Of a DNA stretch of 64,000 nucleotides, positions 12,601 through 24,600 are shown piece after piece; within the stretch, counting starts at the first letter, position 1; each line of letters begins with the position of its first letter. A model generated the notes under the pieces. The model was not told the DNA's origin. It made no database searches and was given only the letters and a program-made list of their open reading frames with translations. The translations under genes were made by a program, and so were the position numbers. Location: contig OZ037767.1 of assembly GCA_964035545.1 (NCBI GenBank), positions 29,838,628-29,902,627 on the forward strand. The letters are read 5' to 3'. This DNA comes from Bugula neritina (Eukaryota > Animalia > Bryozoa).

Positions 12601-15600
12601 TGTTAGGAAGAGCATTCAGTCATAATAAACATTGCTGTTTTTCTTTTTGCTATTTGCATATTCACAGCATTCACACTAATTGCTTTTGCTAAATTATGGG
12701 GCTGTCGCCTTCCAAAGAGACCAGAAGATAAAATTACTTTACTGAAACTACTATATAAATATTATTTAAATGAAATGAATCAAGATTATCAATGTTGCAA
12801 AAAGCTGTTTTCATCTATAATTCAACATAAGAGACAGGAAGTTTGAAACCGAGTGAGTGAGAGTGAGAGAAATTTTGTAGGGACCACATAAACAACTGAA
12901 AAAGCACAAAATAGTTTAAAAACTCTGACAGGATTGTACAAACATAACTGACTAAATTATTGACTAATAAGGAGAAATTCAATATATTAAGTAAAAATTT
13001 ACTGAGTTGCATGCAACACAAAATCCTTTTTAGAATTTCTGTTGCGTTTCAAGTAGTTTAATAGTTTTTTACTAATTACCCGAGAGTCGCATTTCTTTCC
13101 TCGATATTTACAGTGTAGTAAAGTCTTAGGCTCTTCTGGGCCGTGGGATGAGTACTTATCAACCAGTTGCCAACCAGCCCTGCGTGTGAACTCAGCAAAG
13201 TTGAAGGTCTCGTTCCCACTTGCTGTGTTGTTTAAATTATTTGTGAAATTCTCTGCTGTAGTGTTGGACAAGGGTTCTACTGTTGCTGTGTCGATGACAG
13301 CTTGTCTTTTCACTCTCAAGTTAGAATGGTCTGAAATTATATTTCAAATTAAGCTGACTAAATTTGAACTAAAACGGCTACTATCTATATAACTACTATG
13401 ATTACTAAAACTACAGTTACTGCTACTAACATGCATTACTGTTACTAAATCTACTAACAATACTGCTACTGCCACAGCTGTTACCAGTATCATTACTATA
13501 ACTGCTAATATAAATAATAACTAATACCACCATAAGTAATACTAACACTACTACTACTAGTATGACATGACTATTACTACTACTGCTGGTGCTGGTGCTA
13601 CTGCTGTTACTATTATTGTTACTACTACTATTACTACTGTAACCCACTACCATTACTATTTATAGCAAGCTTGGTTCATTGATGTATAGAGATTTTTACT
13701 TTTCAATTACAAATGCTTTAAAAACTCACCATTTGAATCGTATTCAATGTCTTTGCCAGTCACCGAGCCACTCAAAGAAATGAGGTTGTTTTTCTCCATA
13801 CTGTACACATTTCCATTCCACAGCATTCTGTTCATAACATCGATCGAGAGCACACGATCCCACATATTGACGTTGGCAATTTCTGAGCCAGAAGATGCTG
13901 GGAGGGTTAAGTTGCCTGCTGTAAAATCAAATTAAAATTGTTTTGTGAACCACTTCTATTTTGAGCTATATATGAGTTGGCATAGCTCCTATTTCATAAC
14001 AAGTTTTAAAAAATTGACATTTATATTAAATACTGTTTTATAAACAAGACATTGGCATAATTATAATTATATTCATGAATGTTTACTAATGTTTGCCACA
14101 TTAGATTAATATGGCATTGGTTTCATCAGAATTCCTTTGAACTGTATTACCTAATCAGTTTTAATGTATTTTCAAAACTTCTACGATTAAGTAATTCTAA
14201 GAAAGGTTTTAAGGAATTCTACTAAGCTTCTTGCTAGAGACATTTATAAGCATAGACAGTTAGTAAAGGACTACTACTTCTTCAGGTAGGGTAGAGTTAT
14301 CTAGTGAGTGAAACTCATTTATCTCCATTGATTCTTTAGACTACCTATTAGAACAGTTACCATAGTAACAACAGACTTGTTGCACGCATCACACGTGCTT
14401 ACTTCTCACGTTGTTATCTGATAATTATTACCTTTTTATATAGCTCATCAAACAAGCCATGGAACTTTTTCAAACTATATTACCATTACAAGAGAACAAT
14501 ATTTATGATATCTTCTCAAAACTATCTTCAAATAAAATAATAATGGGCTAAGAGGCCCCTAACCCCTCTCATTTCAAATTCTATCTCAACCAAAGAACTT
14601 TTCATGTCATTCATAGAGCGATTTTTTCTAAAATCTAGTAAGCACTTTGGGACAACAGGCTTTATTCGGTAGAGCTAGGTAATGCATATTCACATTACAA
14701 TACTTGAGTGTGAAACTTTTAATCTAGTTCCAACATTTTTCAAATATTATCTAAAGTAAAAGTATAATATAAAAATTGTTTTTTACCTTGTAAATTCAAA
14801 TAACTTTCATATTCATTGAAAAACACCATTTTTCCAGTAAACGAGAATTCTTTGATATCAGCGATGGTGTCGTCTCCATATATCTCAAACGTATCTTTAT
14901 ATCCAATTAGGTACTTGTAAAGCTGAAAGTTAATAGCATGTAAATTACATAGGTAAGTGCACTTAGTTTATTATCTGTAATGGTATGTGAAAGATTTTGC
15001 TTAGTCTGTGATAAGAAATAGAAGGCTAGTAAGTGTGTTACTTGCAGTAGAAAGGCTGTTGGTGTAGCAAGCATAAATTCCATATTTAATGAGCTAGTTA
15101 GTCTGGGTTCAGCATTAATATTTCAGCATCTTCAATATTGGTTTTGGCTTTGTGGAAATCAATGCATTTGTAAAGTTTCATGATTTTCTTCTCAATTATT
15201 AATATTATAACCTTCCTTGGTCATTCAATAAATACTTTCAATACTCCATAAGTTGTATTTGAAATATGTTACACTAAAAATGCCAACAATACCAGCAATA
15301 GGATAGAATAGCAAAAATGTTAAGTTTAGTACTTGCAGTATTCCCAATACCAGCTCAGCACTAATATGATTGGTTTAGCATTAACATTTACACAATGGTT
15401 AGCTCAGCACTAATATATGTATGCAATGCCTTGCATCTAGAACTCCCAACTAGTATATGAATATTATGTAAGCTAATTTCTCACCTTCATTCTGTGATGC
15501 TATAAAAAAATAAAGCAGTAAAAATAAAATACTTATAATATATAATATATTTAACTTTTTACTAACTATAAACTCTCAGAAACTTTCATCATACTTAGTC

Positions 15601-18600
15601 TATTTATTGAATACAACAACTTAGGGGGTTGTATTCAATGCCAGTTTAATAATAAAAAGGTTACTCAACTATGTCTATGGTGGTCATAGTAAATAAGTGC
15701 TAAGGTTTCTTTCATTTTAAATTTATGCAGTCCTACAATACCATCATATATGGGTTAAAATTCTCGTGAGAGCATAACTTCTTATGCTGCATTTCTAATC
15801 TAGAAAACAGGCTTTTCTTAATTTCTCTATTACTGCACCTACCTCGAGGGGCTGCCTAGTTAAATTTACATGGTATTAAACAATCCAGAACAGTCCTAGT
15901 TATTCAACTGTGACTGAGGTGAGTGAATAGTACTAAAGTTAAAACAGTGAATAGTGTTGAAATTGGAAAAGTGAATAGTGATGGAGAAGTAAACTATACA
16001 TACATGGGAGCCTGTGTTGGTAGTGTAGTACTGGAGACAGACTGGATACCAGCTGTTGAAACTGTTGAGCAACACAGTACCTCCCTCAGAGCCAAAGAGT
16101 GTATACTTGATACCATAAATGTCAGGGGTGTCTTCTTGCTCTACTTGCTGTACTGAGAGTATTGTCTCATCTGGAACACAACAGAACATGTGGAATACAA
16201 CATAACTGCTGGAACACAACATAACATGCTGGTGGAATATAACAGAACTGATGGAACACAACAGAACTGGTGGAATATAACAGAACTGGTGGAATACAAC
16301 AGAACTTCTGGAATACAACAGAACTTCTGGAATATAACAGAACTGGTGGAATACAGCAGAACTGGTGGAATATAACAGAACTTCTGGCATACAACGATAA
16401 AAGTTTTGAGAAAGCAATAACCAACTCTGTGGCATTAATTATTATTCTGTTTCAGTCGAGCGGGCTTGGAGTTGAGCCTTTTGGAGAATATTTCCAAAAC
16501 CATAACAGCTTTTATATTGTTACTAATGACTGATTTATGATGATCATGGCAGAAAGCTTTCGTGACAGCCTATGCAGTCATACCATGTCAGAACTGTGGC
16601 TCAGGTGAAGCTAACAAAAAGTGTTTAGTTCCAGCTGCTCAATCAGTAATGTTAGAATTAAATTTCAATCAATCATACGTGCTCAGGTATGGTGAAAAGG
16701 GGTTAAGCATTTTAGCATGCACAGGCAAAAATATGCATGGTATTGGTTGAATGTAGTGTATAGTATAGTACTGTTTTTCGTCTTGCCTGTAAATTCTTAA
16801 ATCTTTGCATTATGTTGGCTGCAATACCAATCATTTATAAATATATTTTATTGCTGGTTAAAATTGGTTATCACCTCCGGGCTTCTAAACCACTGGCAAT
16901 AGTGAAAGCATGTGCTTGCTGGCAAAATAGTTAGCAATTTTCAAACATTATTTCTATAGCAACTCAGTAAAATAGCAGAGTGTTCAAAGCAAATTAATTG
17001 CTATCGAGACCCATTTGGTCAAGAATTTATATATTCGCTTGATTAATCCACAACTGATAGCCCATAAATTAATGTGTTGCTAAAAAATGAAGATGTCATA
17101 GAATTTAGTTGGCTTCCATCAAAGTGATTGGCGGTCAATGGTTGACAGTAGATAATGAACAATTTCAATTGTAAAAGTTATTTATATGCTAGAATTTAAA
17201 TTTGAAAGCAAATGATTAATTGGTAAAGCAAACCTAAATTTTCAATAAACACTTTAAATAGCTGAAAGAATTATTTACTTGTTGATCCCTTGTTCAAATA
17301 ATGCAATTTGTATTGCTCCATCAATAGATAGGTAACAAATTAAATTTCCTGAATTAAAAAATGACCGTAAGTTATACTGAATAAAGTTTACATATTCTTT
17401 GTTAAGCAGCCTACTTTGAATTATCATAACTTTTCATAATTTCTTTGGAGTTTGGAACAATTTTTAGTTTTTTAATTGATTTATTGCCCACTTTAATTTG
17501 ATTTATAATATTCCACAACTAAAATAAGCTGGCATATTTTCCAATCAAAAAATATGAATGAATGCAAATGAAAACACTTCAAAAAATATCTTTGTTGATA
17601 TTGGCTATGTCAACGCCCAGCTCACATAATTTACTAATCATCAAATTAAGTTTTTAATTCTGGCACAGATATTATTTCAGTGTAACAGATATTTCTGCCT
17701 ATAAAACATTTTTTCCTTCTTGCATGCACTTTAAGCATTCCCACAATATGTAAGGATAGGTTTTGAAGTGATGCAGCCTCATTGAATAATAATCGAGGCC
17801 AAGAGTTACTACTGCTAGAGGTACAGCTAGATTCACTGCTAGATTCACTGCTAGAATCCATGGCTCCATAACAGCTGACCTACTGAGCACTTGACTTATA
17901 TACTGTTTGACCTATATAGCACCTGACCTACCTAGCACTCTACCTACATAGTACCTTGTTAGTTAGTAATCATAACAACTGAAGATATTCATATTATAAT
18001 ATTATTTTAAGTCTGTAACTGTAACCTAGACTGCAGTTAGCAATTGCATTCAGAATGTTACCAATCAAATGTTTTTAACCATATATAGTTCCAAAGATCA
18101 TTTCACCTCTATATAACTACAGATCGGCTTGCAAATGAATTTAATTATATTATTTATGTACTCGGGCAGTAACTAAAATCTTACGTCAAGCAACACAAGT
18201 TAATCACATCCTAATCTTTTAACCTGTAATATATGAGCCCGATACCAACTTAACACCCATATAGTATAGGCTATCAAGCCCTAAACACTTATACAAGATG
18301 CTTAAACTCTCAGTTTTCTAATGACATCATTGCACTGTTCACGTTGACATGCGAACCTCTGGTGGTAAAGTTATATATATCTGGGATATAAACTCCGCCT
18401 CCAGCCATGCTGGTAGCTTGACCTAAGAGCTTTTAAAGTAAATCATAAGCTCTTCTTGACATCGGCAATGACCATGATAGAATTTGATTCACCCATGCAG
18501 CTATAGTTGAGCTATAGTTGCACTGCAGTTTAAACCTCTGTCTATACCGTGTCATAGCTGCTCTCCGATATCATTTTAAATGAACATATCTTGGCACGTA

Positions 18601-21600
18601 TTATGTGCTCTATGTTTGACAACTTATAATTCATTGTTGATCCTGGAATCCCATGTATATCCTGAATATAACGGTTTTCAGGTTCTTACTAGTTCAAACT
18701 GATCATTATTCGAGTATGTATGTGTTTCAGGATGTAGAATTCATTCCTTTTTGTCAGTCATAAAACTCATAATGATAATTTATGAACCTAATTTAGTCAT
18801 TCTGTCTAGCAATCTTAAAACTTGGCGTTTAACTTCTTGGCAAAATACAAACGGTATATAAACTACTCTTTTATTAATGTCTGGTTGAAATACCGTTATG
18901 TAATAATTAAGTTTCACTGCCTTTTATGTTGAGGAGATATATTTTATGTCTGTGACCACGATGGTAGTCACGTGTATGCACTAGACCACGTTACTTCGAA
19001 ACAAACAGCTAATTGCAATACGATAAACAGTCTCTTCAATTTAAGTAAGGCTAAACTCTTAAACTCTATCAAATGTGAATACGTGAACATTTAGCTGCTT
19101 GAGCATGTGCTGGAGCCAATCAACTCACTTTAGGCTATTCTTTTCATTGGTAATGGCTATCATCCTTACAAATTTTAATTGCATAATTGAGGAGACTCTA
19201 AGTTACAGAAATTCAAAATTTAAAATTTGATCAAGTTTTTGATGTCAACGCAAAAGCTGAAAAAGTAATATAGTGTTATAAAAGTTGGTCAACTATTGGA
19301 TTATAAATTAACACAGGAAAAAAATTTAAACTAAAAGTAAAAAATCGCAGCAACAGTCATGATAACAAAGTATTAGAACGCAAGACTACACAAATCTTTT
19401 GGTAGCACCCAACTTTGCTGCAAAAAGTGCTTAAATTTATTATAAATAAAAGACCAGGTAATCATATCTTTTCAACAACGTTTTACATAAATAAAGTTAG
19501 GTACCAAAACGTTTCACTTGAAACTTTTGCATACTGTTTTTATTACCAGTTTTAGGCTGCATTTTCTCTACATGATTGTTTGTAAATCAACACAGTTCTA
19601 AGTTGCATTTAATCCGAATATAATTTGTACTAAGTTACATACACTTCAATATCAAAAACTTCACACTTTCACTTTCAAAGGAGGATAATGCTAAGTGTCA
19701 CTATTATAGGAATTTCCATCGTACTTCTTAGCAAGTTTCACTATAGTTTCAGTTTTCACTCACCTCCAGACCCGTAAGATAGGACAGTTCCCAGTTGACT
19801 CCGTCTCAAAGTTTTCACCCAAAAACAAAGCGTCATCCCATTGCTTACTGACGAAGAGTTGACGTACCGAAAGTTACTGGATATGGCCATAGGTGTCAAA
19901 GATTGTTCATGGCTCACAGAGTATATTAATCCGGTTTGGGCCACTACAAACCATCAATGAAAATCAGCTACCAATATTATTAGATAGAATTGAGCACAGC
20001 AGTAATTGACTGACCGTGTAACAACTGAATTTTAAACTAAGCTTCAATAGTAAAACTGTAAAAGCTTCAAAAGTTTAACTTGCAAGCTACTCATTGCACT
20101 ATAGGGGCTCAACTCAACCTATATTCTCTGGCACATTTACATAGTATAGCGTCAGTTTTTAAGTTAGAGTTCAGCTGAAGCAAGTTGGATTTGAGTAGAA
20201 AATCTGTGCTCTTATATATAATCTTCACTGAAATCTACATCCATAACCTATGTATATAGCATAAGCTTTCTACTTGATGCTATTATATTGAAGGTTGGTA
20301 GAGTTCAGGGCAAGGTTTATTACTGCACACTTTTCCAGACAAAGTTAGTTGCAAAAAACTGCTTAGTGACTGGAAGTGGTTTGCAATAATATCAACCTGT
20401 ACTTGGCAAGTGATAGATAATCAGCATTTATCTCCAGGTTTGTTCATACTAAGAATAGCATATTAATTTAATTCTTGCTGTAAAATCATCCGTATAACTT
20501 TATACCAGCCAAACAGGAATTATTTGACCGTAGATATACGGTTGGGCAAGCTAGCTGGAAAAATCTATCTGCCTTATGAGTAGTAAGTAATTAATTTTTT
20601 GTAGAAGCAAATTATTATAATGCGGCTCAGTAAAGATCAGAGTGTATTATAATACACAGGTTTAGGTGATTTAACAGCCAAAGTGCTTGTCTAATATTAG
20701 TTTCATTCTCAGCCTTTGTATGTGTGAACTACATTTTTATGCACAAGAAAAGATGCGGTTAGCTTTTTAGTTATTGGTTTTGTAAGATAAATTGGTACCA
20801 ATTTTCTCAAGAGTAAATTTACATACAATCAAAAACCGTATTATGATATTGAAAATGTACCACCTGTTTTATGCTATTTATAACAAGATTAGAAAATGAA
20901 GATGCATACACAAATCATCATAACTTTTAGAAGATGTGGTGGAAGTAGAATGTGTCTTCTCAGTCTATGACTGAAAACAATCATTCAATAATTATAAAAA
21001 AACTTATTTTTAAAAAATGGATAAACAATTGTTTACTAGGGTTTCAACATAGACCACATTTGATTTATTGACATTATTAGAATAAAATTTACATGACAAA
21101 TTTCTTGCATAGTTTCGTAATATATTATTGACCAAGCAAAATAATTAACCAATTTGCTTTAATAGCCTGCCAGGCATAAATGTGTTCCTGGAGCAGAAAT
21201 GTGATTGTGCTGAGTGGGTAGGCAATTCATGCTGGGTGGAGGCTCACCTACATGTTCCAGTTAGCCAATCACCAGATATATATTGAGCAATGCTGTAATG
21301 TTTCAAACGTTATCAGTGAAAGAGCTCCATGATTACAGCTATATACTCAAGCTGTGCGCGATCTTGCATTTACATTATATACAAAAACTTGTTTGGTAAA
21401 AACTGAAACTTTTTTTACGCAAAGTTATAGTGTAGTCCTACTCTGTTATTCTAAGTAAGGTTGAGTTATATATATGCAGATCTTACCTAAACTTACAATG
21501 GATTGACGCAATAAATTCTATAAACACTAAACATCGAGGTTAAAAAAGGCAGTCAAATGTGTGTTAACTGCACAGGGTGTCACCTTCACAGTATTTCATC

Positions 21601-24600
21601 TGCAAAGGGTGTCAGCCTGCATGTGTGTCACCTGCATATAGTGTGTCACCTTCACGGTGTGTCACCTTTACAGTATTTCACCTGCAAAGGGAGTCAGCCT
21701 GCATATGTGTGTCACCTTCACAGGGTTTCACCTTCATAGTGTCTATTTAAAAAAACTGCAGTAGATAACCATTTTGTTCTGAGTAATATTTTCCAACTCA
21801 CTGTTTACACAAAGTGGTGGTTGATCACTAAAAGTTCCATTTTCGGTACAAGTCTGTTCTAAGGCCCCATCCATGGGTACAAAGTTGTTCCCCTCGCAAT
21901 AAAAAGTTATGTTGGATCCTTCACTGGTTGCGGTACGTTCCACGTTTGAGTAATCACCATTCAGGTGAAAGTTCAAACCATTGAAAGCCAACGGAAGCAT
22001 GCAGATTGACTTAGTTGCCAGTGTAGTAGTTGTAACTATGGGTGCAGCTGTTGTCTCTTCTTGATCTGTAAAGCAAAGATTAAAAAAAATGTATATGCAA
22101 TAATGATAAAAATAAAACTAAGTAACAGACGGTTGCTGCATTCAGTCTGTTTTTGTTATTCTCTACTAATTTCAGTTTTGCTAAAAGCATTGTTTCTGAG
22201 AGCAGTATTTGCGTTTGATGAATACAAAGTTAGGCATTAAAAGCTGCCATTTAAACTAGCATGTATCTACTGCATGTAATGTAAATGCTGGAAGCTGTAA
22301 GTGTCAAATGTTCATTCAAATGATGCACGCAGGTAAAAATGTTTCACAAGTCAAGCTCTTTATTTTATCAAAGTTTACATAAAATAAATTGAATCATCTG
22401 TCAAATAGTCATTGTATTTTCTAACATAACTGCAGCAGTATATGTGCATTTGAAGCAAAGCAAAGTTACTTTAGCTGCCCAGGTAAGCTAACCAAAAACT
22501 GTCAAATCTATCATAGAAATATGTTGGTTTTTTGTTGATTATTTTCAAGTTAATTGTCATATAAGTTTATAGCCGCCATGCAGTGAGCTTATTCATCAGT
22601 TTATTGACACATGTCTTGCTAGTTTCTATTTTCAAGTAGAATTGGGTTTAATTATAAAATGAAGTATGATTGATTTATTTAGTTCTTTTGATTAGCAACT
22701 CTCTATTAGTTGTAAATATACAGATGTAAGGGGCCGGTGCTGTAACTTTCTGATGTTTCTTGAATCAAATGCCATCGCTCAGTTGTGAGAGGAAATATAA
22801 AGTGCTTTAATAAATTTCCTTACATGAGAATAACATATTAGCTAATCTTGGGACTGCACTATTATAATACACTAGTTTGCTTATAACCAAGTCAGTTCGA
22901 TCTATCCAAACAATTAAAATGTGCATGACTAGGGCCAAAGCTGCTGTAAATCTTTCCCATGATACTTTTCACTTATTTAAAACAAATTTTGTGTTTCAAT
23001 ATATGAAGCACATCAATGTAAAATAATTACAGTAAATTAACTAAAAGATTCTGCTATCTTTAAATTGTTGGTTACCTTATTATTTATTGACCAGTTTATT
23101 GATTACGGAAGAGGTCATTGATAATCAACTCAAATTATTGATTCAAGCTCAAAACAGTGTACTTACTCAATGCTTATATATGCAAAACTCTAGAGTTGTC
23201 TAACAATTAACAAACTTCATAATGATCTAAAGTTTGTATGTTAGTCCTTCATTTGCAGTTAGTTTGTATACTTATGATCATGATACATCTGATAAGTCCT
23301 TTAAATGACATGCATGTACATAAATCATTGGCATCATGCATGCACTACCATTCCTAAAATCCTGTTAAATTGATTACTATAATTTGCCAACAGTTCCTAA
23401 CATCACTTACCCACTTTATACTCAATTTTATATCCTGTCTATTTATAACCCAGACTTCGGTCACTACTTGTTAAGCTGTCTAGAGAGCATTAGTTTGTTG
23501 AATGCCAAGACACGAGACTGCCAATGCCAGTTTGAGCTGTCAAATACCGGAGCCTCTCTTTGACTTACCGAGTAGAGAAGCCAGATTGGAGACCTTCACC
23601 TGGTCAGATGAGTCACTCAACTCCGGGATCACGTAATCATAACTGTACACAGACAGTACTTTCCGCAGATTTGCCAACGCCTCTTCTGTTAAATGTGATT
23701 TTCTCCACCTGCAGAAATATATTGGCACTAAAATTGGTAGCTCATTTGCTTTCAATCATTACTGAGTACTAGGTCATGCTCACTTTGCTTGTGGTGACAG
23801 CTAACCGACATAAATCTGGAGTGATTAGGTCACATTAATTGTGGCTTACAGAAGATGACGCTTATATATTGAAGATGTAAGAGCACCGATCTGGTTATCA
23901 CTTTTGCTGTTATTTATTCTACTTAGAGAAATTCTGAGTCATCCAAGACTTTTCACTTTAAAGCCAATCAAGGCAAATGTTTTGTGAGCAGATTAATTTA
24001 GTAACAACTACGTATGTTAATTCTTATAGTGTGCTAAAACAACTTTTGCTGAAGATTCGATCTAAAATGTATAGCTACTGATAAATTGAAAGTCTATAAT
24101 TGCTTACTTGTACAAACTATGGTATGCAAAGCTGATTGCTTGCCAAACTAGCAACATCTTTAAGGTTACGTCACTTGTAACAGTCAGGGCTGTTTTTCTA
24201 CCCCCAATGTAATGTCACCTTTTAGCTCAAATATGTGACTCAAAAGGACAATTCGCTGTTTGAATATAAGTGCAATACTTGTTTGGTGTAACTGTGACAG
24301 TGCTATTTTCAGAGTTATTGCCAATAAAGTATTGCCTAACTTTATTTGAAAATAGTTCGTTTTAGTCGCCTTAGTTAAAACTCTATCTTAGGATTTTAGC
24401 AAAGCCAGGCGCAAATGTAAGATCTCTAAAACTTTTACTTAGAATTATATAAACTTCTATAAAGTCTAAGAGATAGAAAACCTAAAAGAATTAATTTTGT
24501 TCTGAATAAAACTTTATTGGAAGCCAATTATAAAATATCTTTCGATACAATTTACAACACGATTATAAAAGATAAAAATTGCAGTCGGAAGTTATAAACA

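Noticed and set aside
18480-18661. Exon-like segment after a CAG acceptor within the channel gene
   Set aside because: Early stop codon in the required phase-1 frame, and not needed for continuity of the pentraxin domain.
18940-19200. Possible MITE sharing short words with ~55130-55270
   Set aside because: Similarity is limited to short patches; termini and TSD could not be defined.
20900-20970. Possible acceptor and exon between the Sushi and pentraxin exons
   Set aside because: In-frame TGA after three codons.
13730-22065. Independent nested SVEP1/pentraxin gene inside a channel intron
   Set aside because: No own signal-peptide exon or stop codon found, and both ends are phase-compatible with the flanking channel exons; fusion is the simpler reading, pending transcripts.
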